Shown here: positions 11,941-23,549 of the stretch, in pieces
Position numbering within the stretch: the first letter of the stretch is position 1
How the letters are laid out: every line of letters begins with the position of its first letter
DNA from: Dicyema japonicum
Lineage: Eukaryota > Animalia > Dicyemida
Direction of reading: 5' to 3'
NCBI GenBank assembly: GCA_011109175.1
Contig: RDEW01000019.1
Location: forward strand, 127,229 to 191,228
Length of the DNA: 64,000 bases
Notes under the pieces: model-generated
Database searches by the model: none
What the model was told of the DNA's origin: nothing
Seen by the model: the letters and a program-made list of their open reading frames with translations, nothing else
Program-made: the position numbers and the translations under genes

Positions 11941-14329
11941 TCTCTTAATTATATTAAATGTTTTTTAATTATTTCTCTTTGCAGTATACAAACTATGTGA
12001 ATCATCCCTTCCAAACAGTAAACATTTGGGAGTCGACGATTGATTTCGTTACTCGATCTTCACATTATATAATTTCGTATTATTCCTTGTTCATAACTCA
12101 ACGACGTGGTAGACACAAGTGCACGCTATATTTTATTTTACTGGCATTTTGAATTTAATGTAAAATTATTAATAAAACTTCATATTCGATTTTTAATAAA
12201 CTAATCGACAAATTTTTAGTAAATTTGGTTGTAGTCCAGACTTATCATTAGCCCTAGGCGGACCTAGTGAAATTGATTTTAAGATATGGTTGCTCAAAAA
12301 ACTGCACTTATACGCAGAGCCATGTTAGCTATAGCTCCGCTCCGGTTACTCACAATGCCAAAAAATTCAAAAAGTTCATATTTATATTCCTTAGATAGTA
12401 ACTAACCTACCAATAATCAGTAAATCAGGTTGCAGTGGAGACTCACCATTGGACATATTGTATTCCATATTAATGTCTGCATGACTCGTAGTTCAATATC
12501 TTTGCATAAATTTTCTGTAAAATTATCCCATAATTTCTTTGGGTTTGGACAGATAGCGATCATAAATATGAAAGGTAAATGTAATTTCTTAAAATATATA
12601 TCAAGTCTCGATTAAAGTTTGATTCCAATACTAATAATCTACTGATCGGCAAGTGGAGTTATTATGAATTGAAAACCCGAATTCCGTGTAGCTATTGTAT
12701 ATACCTTCCATGTTGATATTTTTTGATTTCGTCTTTGAGATTGCTTAACCAGTTACATATTTGGACTAGCTCTACAATACCTTTTCAGTCATCTTTGATC
12801 CTTGTAGATTCTCTAATGTTAAAGTTAGTGATCAGTTTTAATGCTTATCAGAGTTTCAAATTCCATCTCATAATCTACTTGGATCCATATTTACAGAGTC
12901 TCAGTCCCTCCCCCGCTATACATACTCCACCCTGTGGTCGTTCATATCGGAGATCCAAGTTTTGGGCACTACATTGTTTATAGGAGTCCCCAGTGCAACC
13001 ATCAGATAGGTTATTTAGCAACCCAAGTGGCTTAAATTTGACGATAAAACTGTGTGGTGGTGCGACGAGGCTGACGTTATTGACGGAAATTTAGGAGTTA
13101 CACGGACTACCATGTGGAATTCTATTGCTTATATGCTAGGGTTTCAGAGATTGGTTTATATATTCAGGAATAGAGATTCTGTTGATGGGAGCTTCTACTA
13201 AAGATTCGTAACCGTCCCCTGTGATGCTACTATTCAGAAACTGACTTCAACTGTCCTCATCCCGCTATCCGATTGTGGCCTGTCTTTTTGGACTTTTCAT
13301 TTGTATACGATTTAAGCACTTTCTGAGCTATTGTACGGGGGATCTACTAACATACTTGGTCAGTCACGTTGGTCTCAACTCCTTTGTTGCAATGAGGAAC
13401 CCTGGTCTGTTTAATGAATTTATTCCGAATTGTTTGTTTAGAAATTATTAAGAAAATTGTTGTATTTTTGTGAAATACTTTGAAGATAACGAATATGCCG
13501 GGTTTTGTTGTAAGAGAGTATTGGCTCTTATGCGGACTTTACTACCAAAATGAAGTCATCTGTACGAAACGGGCAAATACTCCAAGGGGGAGTTAATGTA
13601 TAATTTTTTATTCCAATGATTAGAGCTTCACTATTTCTATTTTATGATACTACAACCCTCAAGTCCTGAAGTTCTCATCAAATAGACAAGTCCTAGGAAT
13701 ATGATAAGATCTCGAATGTGTGGGCTTCTGGAAAATTAGGACGAGAGTCTCCAAATCTACTTCCATTCAAAGTATAAACTATTTACTGTAGTCTGCTAAC
13801 ACTGACAGACATTGAATTTAGCAAAGTCATTAGTCTGATCGTTTCTGAAAGATGACTGCTGTTCTTTAACTACAGAGTAGTCTTCTCGGATGAATGTGAT
13901 GGTTATGTGGAGGAACTCAGACTCCACAAAGATATGGTGGTAATTGTTAACCTTAGTGAACCTTTATGCTAATCATTTGAAGGACTGCGAGATAGATAAT
14001 TTAGGGTCAATTCTTTTACAATTTTTGCACAACCATCAGAATGACTGAGAAAATAAAGAATATTCCTCACACAGATGGTTGCTATTACTGTGACGAACTT
14101 ACCTCCTTTGATGATGTCACATGGCCGACTGGTTAAGCATGGGCAGAAGGTTACATTTTTTTACCTAGAAAAGGTCAAATCAAATATCTTTGATTACCAG
14201 AATTTTATTTTTATGGTGGCAACCCTAAATTTCTATCGTGATATTTTTATAGGTTTTGTGAAAGACACCTTTCGCTGGAGAAACTATAGTTCACATCCCA
14301 TGTAGTGATTCCTGCTAAAGAGGGAGAAC

Positions 14330-15075
14330 ATAGGGTTAAATCAGGAGAGGTTCAGCTATCAGTGCTCCTTAAAGGGGTTCTTGTGTGTAATTTAGGGTCA
14401 TTCAGGATAAACATATCAATAGGACCATTTGCGATGAACTCGCCTCGGGTGTCAGAGGACTGTGAAGCTAGCCAAACGGAGTGTCGGGCATTTAGGTCAC
14501 CGCATATTAGAGCGTTCTTTAGTACTGAGAGGCAGGGTATATTTGGGGTGTAGGATTTTGGGCAGGATCCTTGTGGTGGAATAAATAGGTTAATCAAGTT
14601 GATCCAAAAAGATGAGTACAGCTCCATTTTGATGGTGATCTGCTCCATGGTATCGTCTGAGTCCAAAAGTTCTGAGATCCGTCGACTCACGTCAATGAAA
14701 GGTATACCGTTTTTTATAATTGTGAGTAGTCCTCCACCTGGTCTTCCCTGACGGTCCTTACGGATTACTGTGTATTCAAGGAATGAGGGTGTTTGCGTGG
14801 AGGATGAAAACTTGGATTCCTAAATGAGAGCAAGTTAAGCTCGAGTTGCGGAGAGGAGAGCTTGAAGTTCCAGGATCTTCCTTTTAATCCCATTTGTATT
14901 TAGTTGTAGAATTATTAAATCTCCGCGTAGACCCGGGTTTTTTCCAATGTCGCCACAACACAAGACAGAGGCACATAGCTTGCGGGAACCCCCATGAAGT
15001 GGAGAGAAGTTATTGCCTCTTTTGTTCCTTTCCGGAATGGGTGACACCTTATCTGGTGAGCCACAAGACAGCACG
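14330..15075 (-). mobile_element. 5' part of an APE-type LINE: leader, 2A-like peptide and AP endonuclease
   Basis: LIILQLNTNGIKRK, IRKDRQGRPGGGLLTII, LICGDLNARHSVW and ILNDPKLHTR are APE motifs; CGDIGKNPGL directly precedes them. Confidence 0.85.
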
Positions 15076-15159
15076 TTAACCAAATCAAAATGTAATTTAT
15101 GACCCAAACTATATGCNTTTTAATTTTTTTATACAAAAATTTTAACAATTAAACAAATG

Positions 15160-15440
15160 TCAGTTGAGGAAGCCTGCTGCGTGGATTGCAAACGAGTTCC
15201 CTCGGAGTATGGCTATTCCAATCTTTTGTCTTAGCCATAACCCTTCTCGTTGATCCCTTTTCTTTCTGGCAAGCAATCCTCCGAGTTCTCGCAAAAACTC
15301 AGCCGTCAATGGACCAACGGCTCCCGATGATTCGGTCGCAACAGGAGTAAATCAGTAGCGATCCCCGAGGCAAGAATATTTCTTGATTTTTAGGTTCTCC
15401 GCAGTCGAAGCAGCTGCTCCAGGTGTCTGAACCGATTTAA
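15160..15440 (-). mobile_element. CRE-clade 3' fragment
   Basis: AASTAENLKIKKYSCLGDRY.FTPVATESSGAVGP...WLRQKIGIAILRGNS. Confidence 0.8.
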
Positions 15441-16344
15441 AAATGTTCGTGCTTGAATTGAAAAATACATGTGTAATTAAGAGTATTTTGACATGTGTTT
15501 ATTAAAAATTGAATACACGTAACATGAAACATTTTTGAACATGTGTTTATCTAATTTCTTGGCCAATTTTCAAGACCCATCGACGACGTTTCTTCTCAAG
15601 ACCTGTTACGAAGACAAACTGGATGAGTCATTACGTTTCGTAGTCATCATGTTTCTGAGCGAAGTGATACATAAATATAAAATGGCTAATCATTCAAACA
15701 AATAATATAACCTCTTTGGAATACTATAGTACCTCCTTTACGGTTAATCAGAAAAAGTCATTTATCTTCTCAAAATATTTGATGATTATATTAATATTTT
15801 AAACTAATAGTGTATGTCACACGGGAAAGGTTAAATTAACGTTTGACCGCATAGCCCCATGTGGTAAAATGTGTCAAGTTGGTCAAAAATTATCTCCTTC
15901 CCTCCGATGGCGTCATTGGATCCATTTTACTGAGAAGACGCCTAATGCTTGGACGGCATTAAAACAATCCAACTATTCTGTCCCCGGGGACAATGTCGTT
16001 ACCTCAAGACAAGTTCTGGAACGAGTCAGGATCAAGAAGTTAGTTAGTTTGGTTACCCTTGATCTTCGGAATAATTTTTATTTTTAATTAATTCTATAAG
16101 GTCTCAAAGTGAAGACATATTTGTAAACCTTGATGCCAAGATTGCCATAAGGTGTAGCCAATAATTATCAAGGATTGGTGTGAAAACCGTGATTTGTGAA
16201 TATTACTTGTAGACTGATTTACTGAAACTGAAGATATTTGATTTCGAGATAACTCACATGTGCTATGTTGGGTTTAAAGCTAAAATAGAGTAAGTTGATC
16301 CGAACATTAAAATATTCATGTGTGCATTATTCACAAGATTCTTA

Positions 16345-16632
16345 AATTTTTCTTTGGGTAGAGATTGGTAAAATTCGATAAGAGAAGTGTTGTTAAATAA
16401 AGCGTTCACCTGTAGAATTCAGTCAATGGCTTCACGTGCTTTGCAATAAGATGAATTCTTGTTGAAGCCATTGAGATTCAATGTTCTAAATTTTTCTTTG
16501 GGTAGAGATTGGTAAAATTCGATAAGAGAAGTGTTGTTAAATAAAGCGTTCACCTGTAGAATTCAGTCAATGGCTTCACGTGCTTTGCAATAAGATGAAT
16601 TCTTGTTGAAGCCATTGAGATTCAATGTTCAT
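16345..16632 (+). repeat. 144-bp tandem duplication
   Basis: gagattggtaaaattcg at 16361 and 16505. Confidence 0.9.
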
Positions 16633-16699
16633 GAAACTCCATCTAATGGGAATTTGCTCTACTTTTTGTTTTGGATTATGTAGGTTTTTTATTACAAAA

Positions 16700-17075
16700 A
16701 CAATTAATTAAGTAACAAGACAATCAAAAAAATCCAGCTAATGAGATAGAATGGCTATTTCCCCTGACAAGTGTCAAAGAACTTCTTTGAAACAGCCATT
16801 CGTTTTCCCGACGTTCATTGCTCATTTTAGAAAATATTGAATAAAGCGATCTTAGAAGGAGACCATCTTGGACCCGAAGACTCCGCTCGATTCACGACTA
16901 GAATGGCTATTTCCCCTGACAAGTGTCAAAGAACTTCTTTGAAACAGCCATTCGTTTTCCCGACGTTCATTGCTCATTTTCGAAATTATTGAATAAAGCG
17001 ATCTTAGAAGGAGACCATCTTGGACCCGAAGACTCCGCTCGATTCACGACAACGGCCTGTACGTGGAATCTGGTG
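16700..17075 (-). mobile_element. CRE-clade 3' fragment containing a 152-bp tandem duplication
   Basis: SSGVFGSK...RENEWLFQRSSLTLVRGNSH; tagaatggctatttcccc at 16747 and 16899. Confidence 0.8.
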
Positions 17076-17571
17076 GAGACTTTTATGCCACAATAAAACA
17101 TCTGCATACAGATAAATTCACTCATCATGATCGTCAATCCAGAGACATATCTGAATCTGCTAGTGAAGTCTGAAATTATGTCCACGACGTCGACACCCTG
17201 CATCTGGTTCAGCAAGTAGAGGAAAAAAGTTAGTATCCGACAGTCAACTGTTAAAATTAAACCTCAAAAGAGGCACAAAAATTAGATATTCATTGATATC
17301 CCTACACACGGAAATCTTTAGTAAAAGGCGAAAGATTTATGCGTTATGTGTAGAAAACAGAACAAAATTTTATGTCAAGAATCGAGCAGAATTTGTATTA
17401 CATTATGATTTTATATATGATTACTGGATGCTTTAAGAATATAATATTTATAATAAAACTCATTTTGAATAAATAATATTTTATTAGTTATGGTAAATAA
17501 TTATTTTAAATAATGAATCAATTTAATTCATTAATAATAATAATAATATTCCCAACTTCATCAACATGTAC

Positions 17572-18622
17572 ACTCCACAGGGTTACCCATTATCACCTAT
17601 ATTTTTTGTCATATACCTTGAAGCTGCTTTACGGAAGTCAAAACCGATAATGGGTGAAAAGACAAACATTATTGCGTATGCTGACGACGTGTACACTCCA
17701 CAGGGTTACCCATTATCACCTATACTTTTTGTCATATACCTTGAAGCTGCTTTACGGAAGTCAAAACCGATAATGGGTGAAAAGACAAACATTATTGCGT
17801 ATGCTGACGACGTAGACTTTACTTCAAATGACAAAATACCGCTCACCCGCTTGATGGAAGAAGTGTCTGGAAGACTAGCCGAATGGTTCCTAACAGTAAA
17901 TCCGGACAAGACTGACGTAACTGAACTCAAGAGGGAAGAAACAAGGACAGAGGAGTACTGGCGCAAATGCAAAAAGCTTGGCTCCCTCCTAGGAGACCAT
18001 GAAGAAATTACGAGAAGGAAAACCCTAGCACAAACTGCCCTCTCCAGATTAAAGAACATCTGGCTTCACAAAACGGGCCTTGACATTATAACAAAAACTC
18101 GATTATACAACTCGCTAGTGAATCCCATACTACTATATAACGTTGGTACCTGGGCCTGCTCAAGAAATGAACTGAAGAGGCTTAATGCGTTTCATAGAGA
18201 CCAACTACGGCATATGATGTTCGAAAGAAGTGATACGAGGATGTCATCTAATCTTCTCTATAAGAGGACGAAGACCTCAGAAATTTCTAATGAGATTCTG
18301 GATACACGATGGAGGCTTTTCGGCCATATTCTGCGACTGGACCTAGATGCCCCCGCGAACGTAGCCATGGAGGATTACTTCATGTTGGAGGCCCCCCGTT
18401 TCCGTGGTCGCCCAAGGACGACACTGGCAGTCGTTCTCGACGAGGACCTTAAAGAAATGGGACGGCATCTTGCAAGTGGAGAGGATCTGGACTGGTTGCG
18501 CGCTGCGGCTTTGAATAGGAGGAAGTGGATGAAACTAACCAGTGATTTGCTAACTCGTGTTGCACATGCTTTGTCAAGTCCTATGACATAGCGATAAGTG
18601 CTTATAATAATAATAATAATAA
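17572..18622 (+). mobile_element. 5'-truncated RTE LINE with open RT ORF, (TAA)n tail, 11-bp TSD and a 123-bp internal duplication
   Basis: PQG.PLSP.LF.IYLE, YADD, LGSLLGD and WRLFGH motifs; flanked by tcaacatgtac (17561-17571) and tcagcatgtac (18623-18633). Confidence 0.93.
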
Positions 18623-18633
18623 TCAGCATGTAC

Positions 18634-19215
18634 GAAGCTGGTGACTGAAGCTATAATGGTATTCCAACTCATAGCATTCACGAGATCCTCTGGAATGTAA
18701 TATTCCGATGGAAATGTGATATTCAGAAACCATGGTGATTTTCAATTTTATCTGATCCTATTTGATCACTGATTTTGGAGTCAACTAATCTCACACGGAG
18801 TGATGGCAAACGCCCCAACGGGATGACAACATTCCTTTTTGCTAATCGTCGGAACCTGGTTTGGGATGCTACATGTGTTGATACGTATTCTCCGACGAAA
18901 TGCTCACTTCAGTCTCAGATCCAAGTCATACTTTTATGGAAGCTGAGGATCAGAAGTGGAAAAAGTACTGAAGCATTTCGGAGGATCATTGTGTATCTCA
19001 TTCGCTGTTGATACATCAGGAATCCTCGACCCACAAGTGGGCGATCTCTTCCATCGGATGGGCTCAATTATCAAATAAATCACCAAGGATCTAAATGAGA
19101 TTGGATGGTTTCGAGAGCGTATCTCGATAGCCATTGTCAGAGGTAATAGTAAGCAATCAGGAGATGTATTGGATTTAGAAAACTGAGTAGATCGTCAGAG
19201 AAGGTACTTTTCATT
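18634..19215 (+). mobile_element. CRE-clade REL endonuclease region, degraded
   Basis: RSDGKRPNG..F...RNLVWDATCVDTYS; WFRERISIAIVRGNS. Confidence 0.85.
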
Positions 19216-19555
19216 AAGGTTGTCACAATGGAGTTCTTATAAATACTTGTATTCAAACGGTCTAAGTTGGCCTATCTCCCCCCTTTCGAACCAAAATCTT
19301 ACGTTCATCCAACACTTCTTTTTGCATAAATCCGAATTTCCAAGGACAAGAGTTATCATCTAATAAAGTGATCCAGGAGTCCATATCAGTTTTTTTCCTG
19401 CGGTTAGTTTTGGAATCCTGGATTAATCTCCACAATGGGAAAGGTTTCCTCTCGTATCTCGGGTATTCTTCCAGATACAATGTGATGTATGGCCAGAGAG
19501 AATGATCAGGATTTCGTACAACAAATATACGTAGCCACCACAACATTCCGTCCAA

Positions 19556-21130
19556 TTATTATTATTACTTCCAGGATCACTGGGTCAAAGAGAAAGAAAT
19601 AGAAGGTTCTCAACTAACTAACTGATCCCAGACCGACAAGGGAGAGGACAAGTCCGGTGGAGTCAAGAATCCTTAACAGCTCTTCTCATTGGACATGACA
19701 TCGGCTCATAATTTCTGTATGACTGTAGATATTTCGGAATAGAGAGCAGCTCGGTAAACTAGCCTCCTTTAAGAGTTTCCGTTGAAATTCGATTAAGAGA
19801 TTTTCTATGGGCTGGATTTTTTGGTCTGGTCCAATTATCCATATTGCGGTCTCCTCGAATGCGGATAGTTTCAATGAGGAGGATCGTAAAATCTGCATTG
19901 CCCACGAAGGACTTGCATAAGTCATCGTGGGTCGGATAAATTGTTCATAAATCGTGGCAAGGCCACCAGTTTGGTTTCTAAGTGTTTTTGAGAGCACTTT
20001 TAAAATTCTCATTTTCCTCAGTGCAGAAGTACTATGTTCTCAACATGTCGGATAAAGGTGAGTCCCTGATCGAAGGTGACTCCCAAAATCTTTGCTGTTT
20101 TTTAATAGGAATAGCCTCGTTCTTCATATAGATTTTTGGTTCGACACATAACTGTCTTTTGTAAGTGGTAAACAACGTGACAGAGGACTTTGTTGCTGAT
20201 GCGTCGAGTCTCAGCTTTGAGAGCCATAGTTCCAGCTTGTCAAGCATTTGTTGAGCGGACTGAGTCTCTGATTGAATGGTTCTGTCCTTGGAGGCAAGAA
20301 TAATATCGTCGGCATAGGAGAAGATTAAGCAGTTTTCATTATAGGTTTGTGGCATGTCGTTTATGTAGAGATTGAAGAGGGCAGGTGATAGTGGGGATCC
20401 TTAATGGACTCCATTTGGTATGAGACGGGATTTTAACTTTATGTTATTGAAAATCACTTGCCCATGTCTCCCACTTAAGAAGTTGGCATTTTATTGTTTT
20501 ATGTTTGGGTGGATGCATGTTTCGTAAATTTTCTCAGTAAGGAGTTTTCTTGAGACTGCGTCGAAAGCCTTTGTTATATCAACAGAGACCAAGTATGGAG
20601 TGACTTTCGATAATTTGATCTTTTTTTAATTTGTAAAATGATCGGATTATGATCACAGTTTCGTATTTCACTCTCCATAAAATTTGAAGAAGCCAGAAGG
20701 GGAGAAGCGATTGAAACGTCAGGGGATGATGGCTTATCATTTTGTCTTGAGGAGGTTCTTGTGTGAAAGCTAGAGTCACTTAGGATGCAAAAGGTTCCCA
20801 AGTCTTTGATTAGCATGTCTCCCCGCCTGTTTGACGTCTGACTTCTCAACCAGAGCAGGTGTTTTGTATTTAGGTCACCGCAAAGAAGAACGTTCCTTAG
20901 TGAACTGATCGACGAAAGTTTTGGGCAAGTGGCTGATGATGAAGGAGGTAGATATGAATTGATCAGAATTAGACGTAACCCTGGGAGTTAGATTTTTGTG
21001 GCCAGAATTTCGTTACTTTTAGGGTTTTGGAGACGGTTGTAGACGTATTTGGTGATATCTTCATAAGGGATCCCGTTTCGTATGATAGTTAGTAAGCCTC
21101 CCCCAAGTTTTCCACATCAATCTCTGCGGA
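19556..21130 (-). mobile_element. APE-type LINE with APE and RT remnants, internal deletion and (TAA)n tail
   Basis: GGGLLTIIRNGIPY, LLCGDLN, DHNPII, KAFDAV, FSYADDIILAS, YEQFIRPTMTYASPSW. Confidence 0.85.
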
Positions 21131-21214
21131 TAACTGATTAAAAATATAAACTATTTTTAAACTAAAATAACCTTATTTCTACTAAAATAACCTTTTTTAT
21201 ATAAAAAAATGTAG

Positions 21215-21420
21215 TGCAAACAAGAAAATCAAAATAATCCACAAGATAGAATGGAATGGCTGTTTCTCCTGATAACTGCCAGAAAAATCCTTTGGAACAA
21301 CCATTCGATTTCCCGATGCTCATTACTACTTTCGAAATCATTGACCCAAGCGATCTTAGAAAAGAGATCATATTGGCCCATATCAGAGGCATCACGAGCT
21401 AGCTTCCCTGGCGAAGGCCG
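21215..21420 (-). mobile_element. CRE-clade 3' end
   Basis: REIEWLFQRIFLAVIRRNSH in the reverse complement. Confidence 0.75.
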
Positions 21421-23549
21421 AGGAGACAGATATAATAAAAAAATTTAATTCCATTATTGGACAAAGATGTGTCCTCAAAAATGTTAGTGTCTTTCATTTA
21501 ATTATTAGAAAGTAATTTTGAATTCAGACATTAATGAATGTTCTTTGGGGCATTCAACATGTATCAAAACAAATTAAATATAAATTTATACAAAGTTTTA
21601 ATAAAAATTTGATGAGATATCTATCAGAAAATTCTACTAGGAATTAGAAACAATTCTTAAAATAACTTTTACGTACAACACAACAGCACATGCTACAACC
21701 AATGAAACGGCGTTCGAAAAATTCGAGACGCTTATTTTGCAATCAACCGAAGGGATGGACGTTGAAGATAATTCAAATGTGCATGGTACATTTTCCTTAA
21801 ACTATGTTAGAAATAACGAATAACGTTGACCTAACTTTCTGTCCACCATACCTTAATTCATCCTATTTCAAAAAAATGAATAAAAATGTATGTTCATCAG
21901 TCAAAATATGGCTTAAAATAAGAGATAAAATATTTTTATAATTAATTTTTTGGTTCGCATGGTAAAGGATTATGGAACCCGTCATTAAGACTTAACCGTT
22001 TATGAACCAGCTTAAATTACTAATATTTTATAATCGCCTGTAAATATTAATAATTTATATACTCAAAGAACCTTACTTTTCAGTATCAGACGAGCCCACG
22101 CTTCGAAGAAATGAAACCTCAGCTTTAGTTGAGCAAGAGAATCGAAATGGCAACAAATGATATTACTAAAAATACAGTAAACATTTTGAATCTGCCATTT
22201 TTGGACTTTTTTGAGTATTCAAGTTAGCGGAGAAAATTGATTTTTAATTTAATAAGTTTTCTGTATTTGAGAATATAAGTAAATCAAATAAATAACATAG
22301 TAAGCCTAAGAGTTCCAGTTAGCCGCCGGGTTCCTTCAATTAAAAAGACCGAAAAAGCGATTTGGAACCTAGAATCCCCGAAGTTTCGATGAGAACATAC
22401 TTAAAACGAACTTTCATCCAAGGTTATCTTTAAGGGTTTCGGCCTTAGTTGAGCCCGATCCTGGGTGATTAGATAATTGAAATTAAAGAGGAGGATCACT
22501 TATTTGTCTCATTTGCTGTGGAGACGTCTCCTCGCCCCACAAAACCTAGTCCTTTGGATCAGTTCAGTGATCAAAAAGGTCACCAAGGATCCACGCGAGA
22601 CGGGTGGCTTCGAGAGCGTGTCTTGATATCTATCGTCAGGAAGAATTAGTTTGGGGTAATTATCAAGATTAAAAAAGATATTGGATTAAAATTCTTGTAA
22701 TTGAAAAATTATTTGAATCAGTATTTAATCTTCTATTAAACCCAAATAGTAATAAAATGAACAACATTAACAATCACATGCCCAACGTTAAAATTTACTC
22801 ATTTCACAGCGACAATTCTTTGTGAGGATGCATCTTCAAACTAAACTGCAATTAGAAAAGGCTTTAAAAATCATTAAGTACTCATAAAACTCATAGACAA
22901 GCTTAGGCATATTTAAGAGGATGTCTAGGAAAACTTGATTGTCTCAGAGACTCATTAATTGGTAAGAAACATTAGCAATTTCAGAATACATTAATTAGCC
23001 AAATTGAGTGAACTATGATTGTGAAACAATAGCAACACAATGGACCAATTCACAATGGAATAATTAATGGTTCTTTAGTCTACAAATTCAGCAAAAATGA
23101 AAGTTTATATGAACCACACTTTAAGACAGTTTGAAATGAGTAGGATTTATTATTCAACAGAACCACGACTGACTGGATTTATTTTAAAATTGATTAGTAA
23201 AGTGGAGAAAATCGTTTAAATCATATTAGTCCTGTCTGAACATGTTAATTAAAAGTTGATTTGAAAAAAAGTTAATAAAAATTTTATGATTAATTTATTT
23301 AAATTTAAATTAAAAAATTAATTTATTAATAATAATTATAAAGCGGAGAACCCATTAACAATAAAATATGGTTGCTTGGATCAATCTCCAAACGGTAACA
23401 GTATCTATCAACAATATCTATGCAACTATTTCTATGTTACTTAATTATTTTATCGCCTCAACAGCATAGTAATTTGTCCGCAATACAAAAGCGTGAAATT
23501 TATTTTTTTGAAAATCATGATTATTACAGGTTAAAAAAGACCCGCCACC

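Noticed and set aside
16100-16660. TLNLNGFNK on the minus strand, like an L1/Tx1 endonuclease start
   Set aside because: No further APE motifs could be followed; stops intervene.
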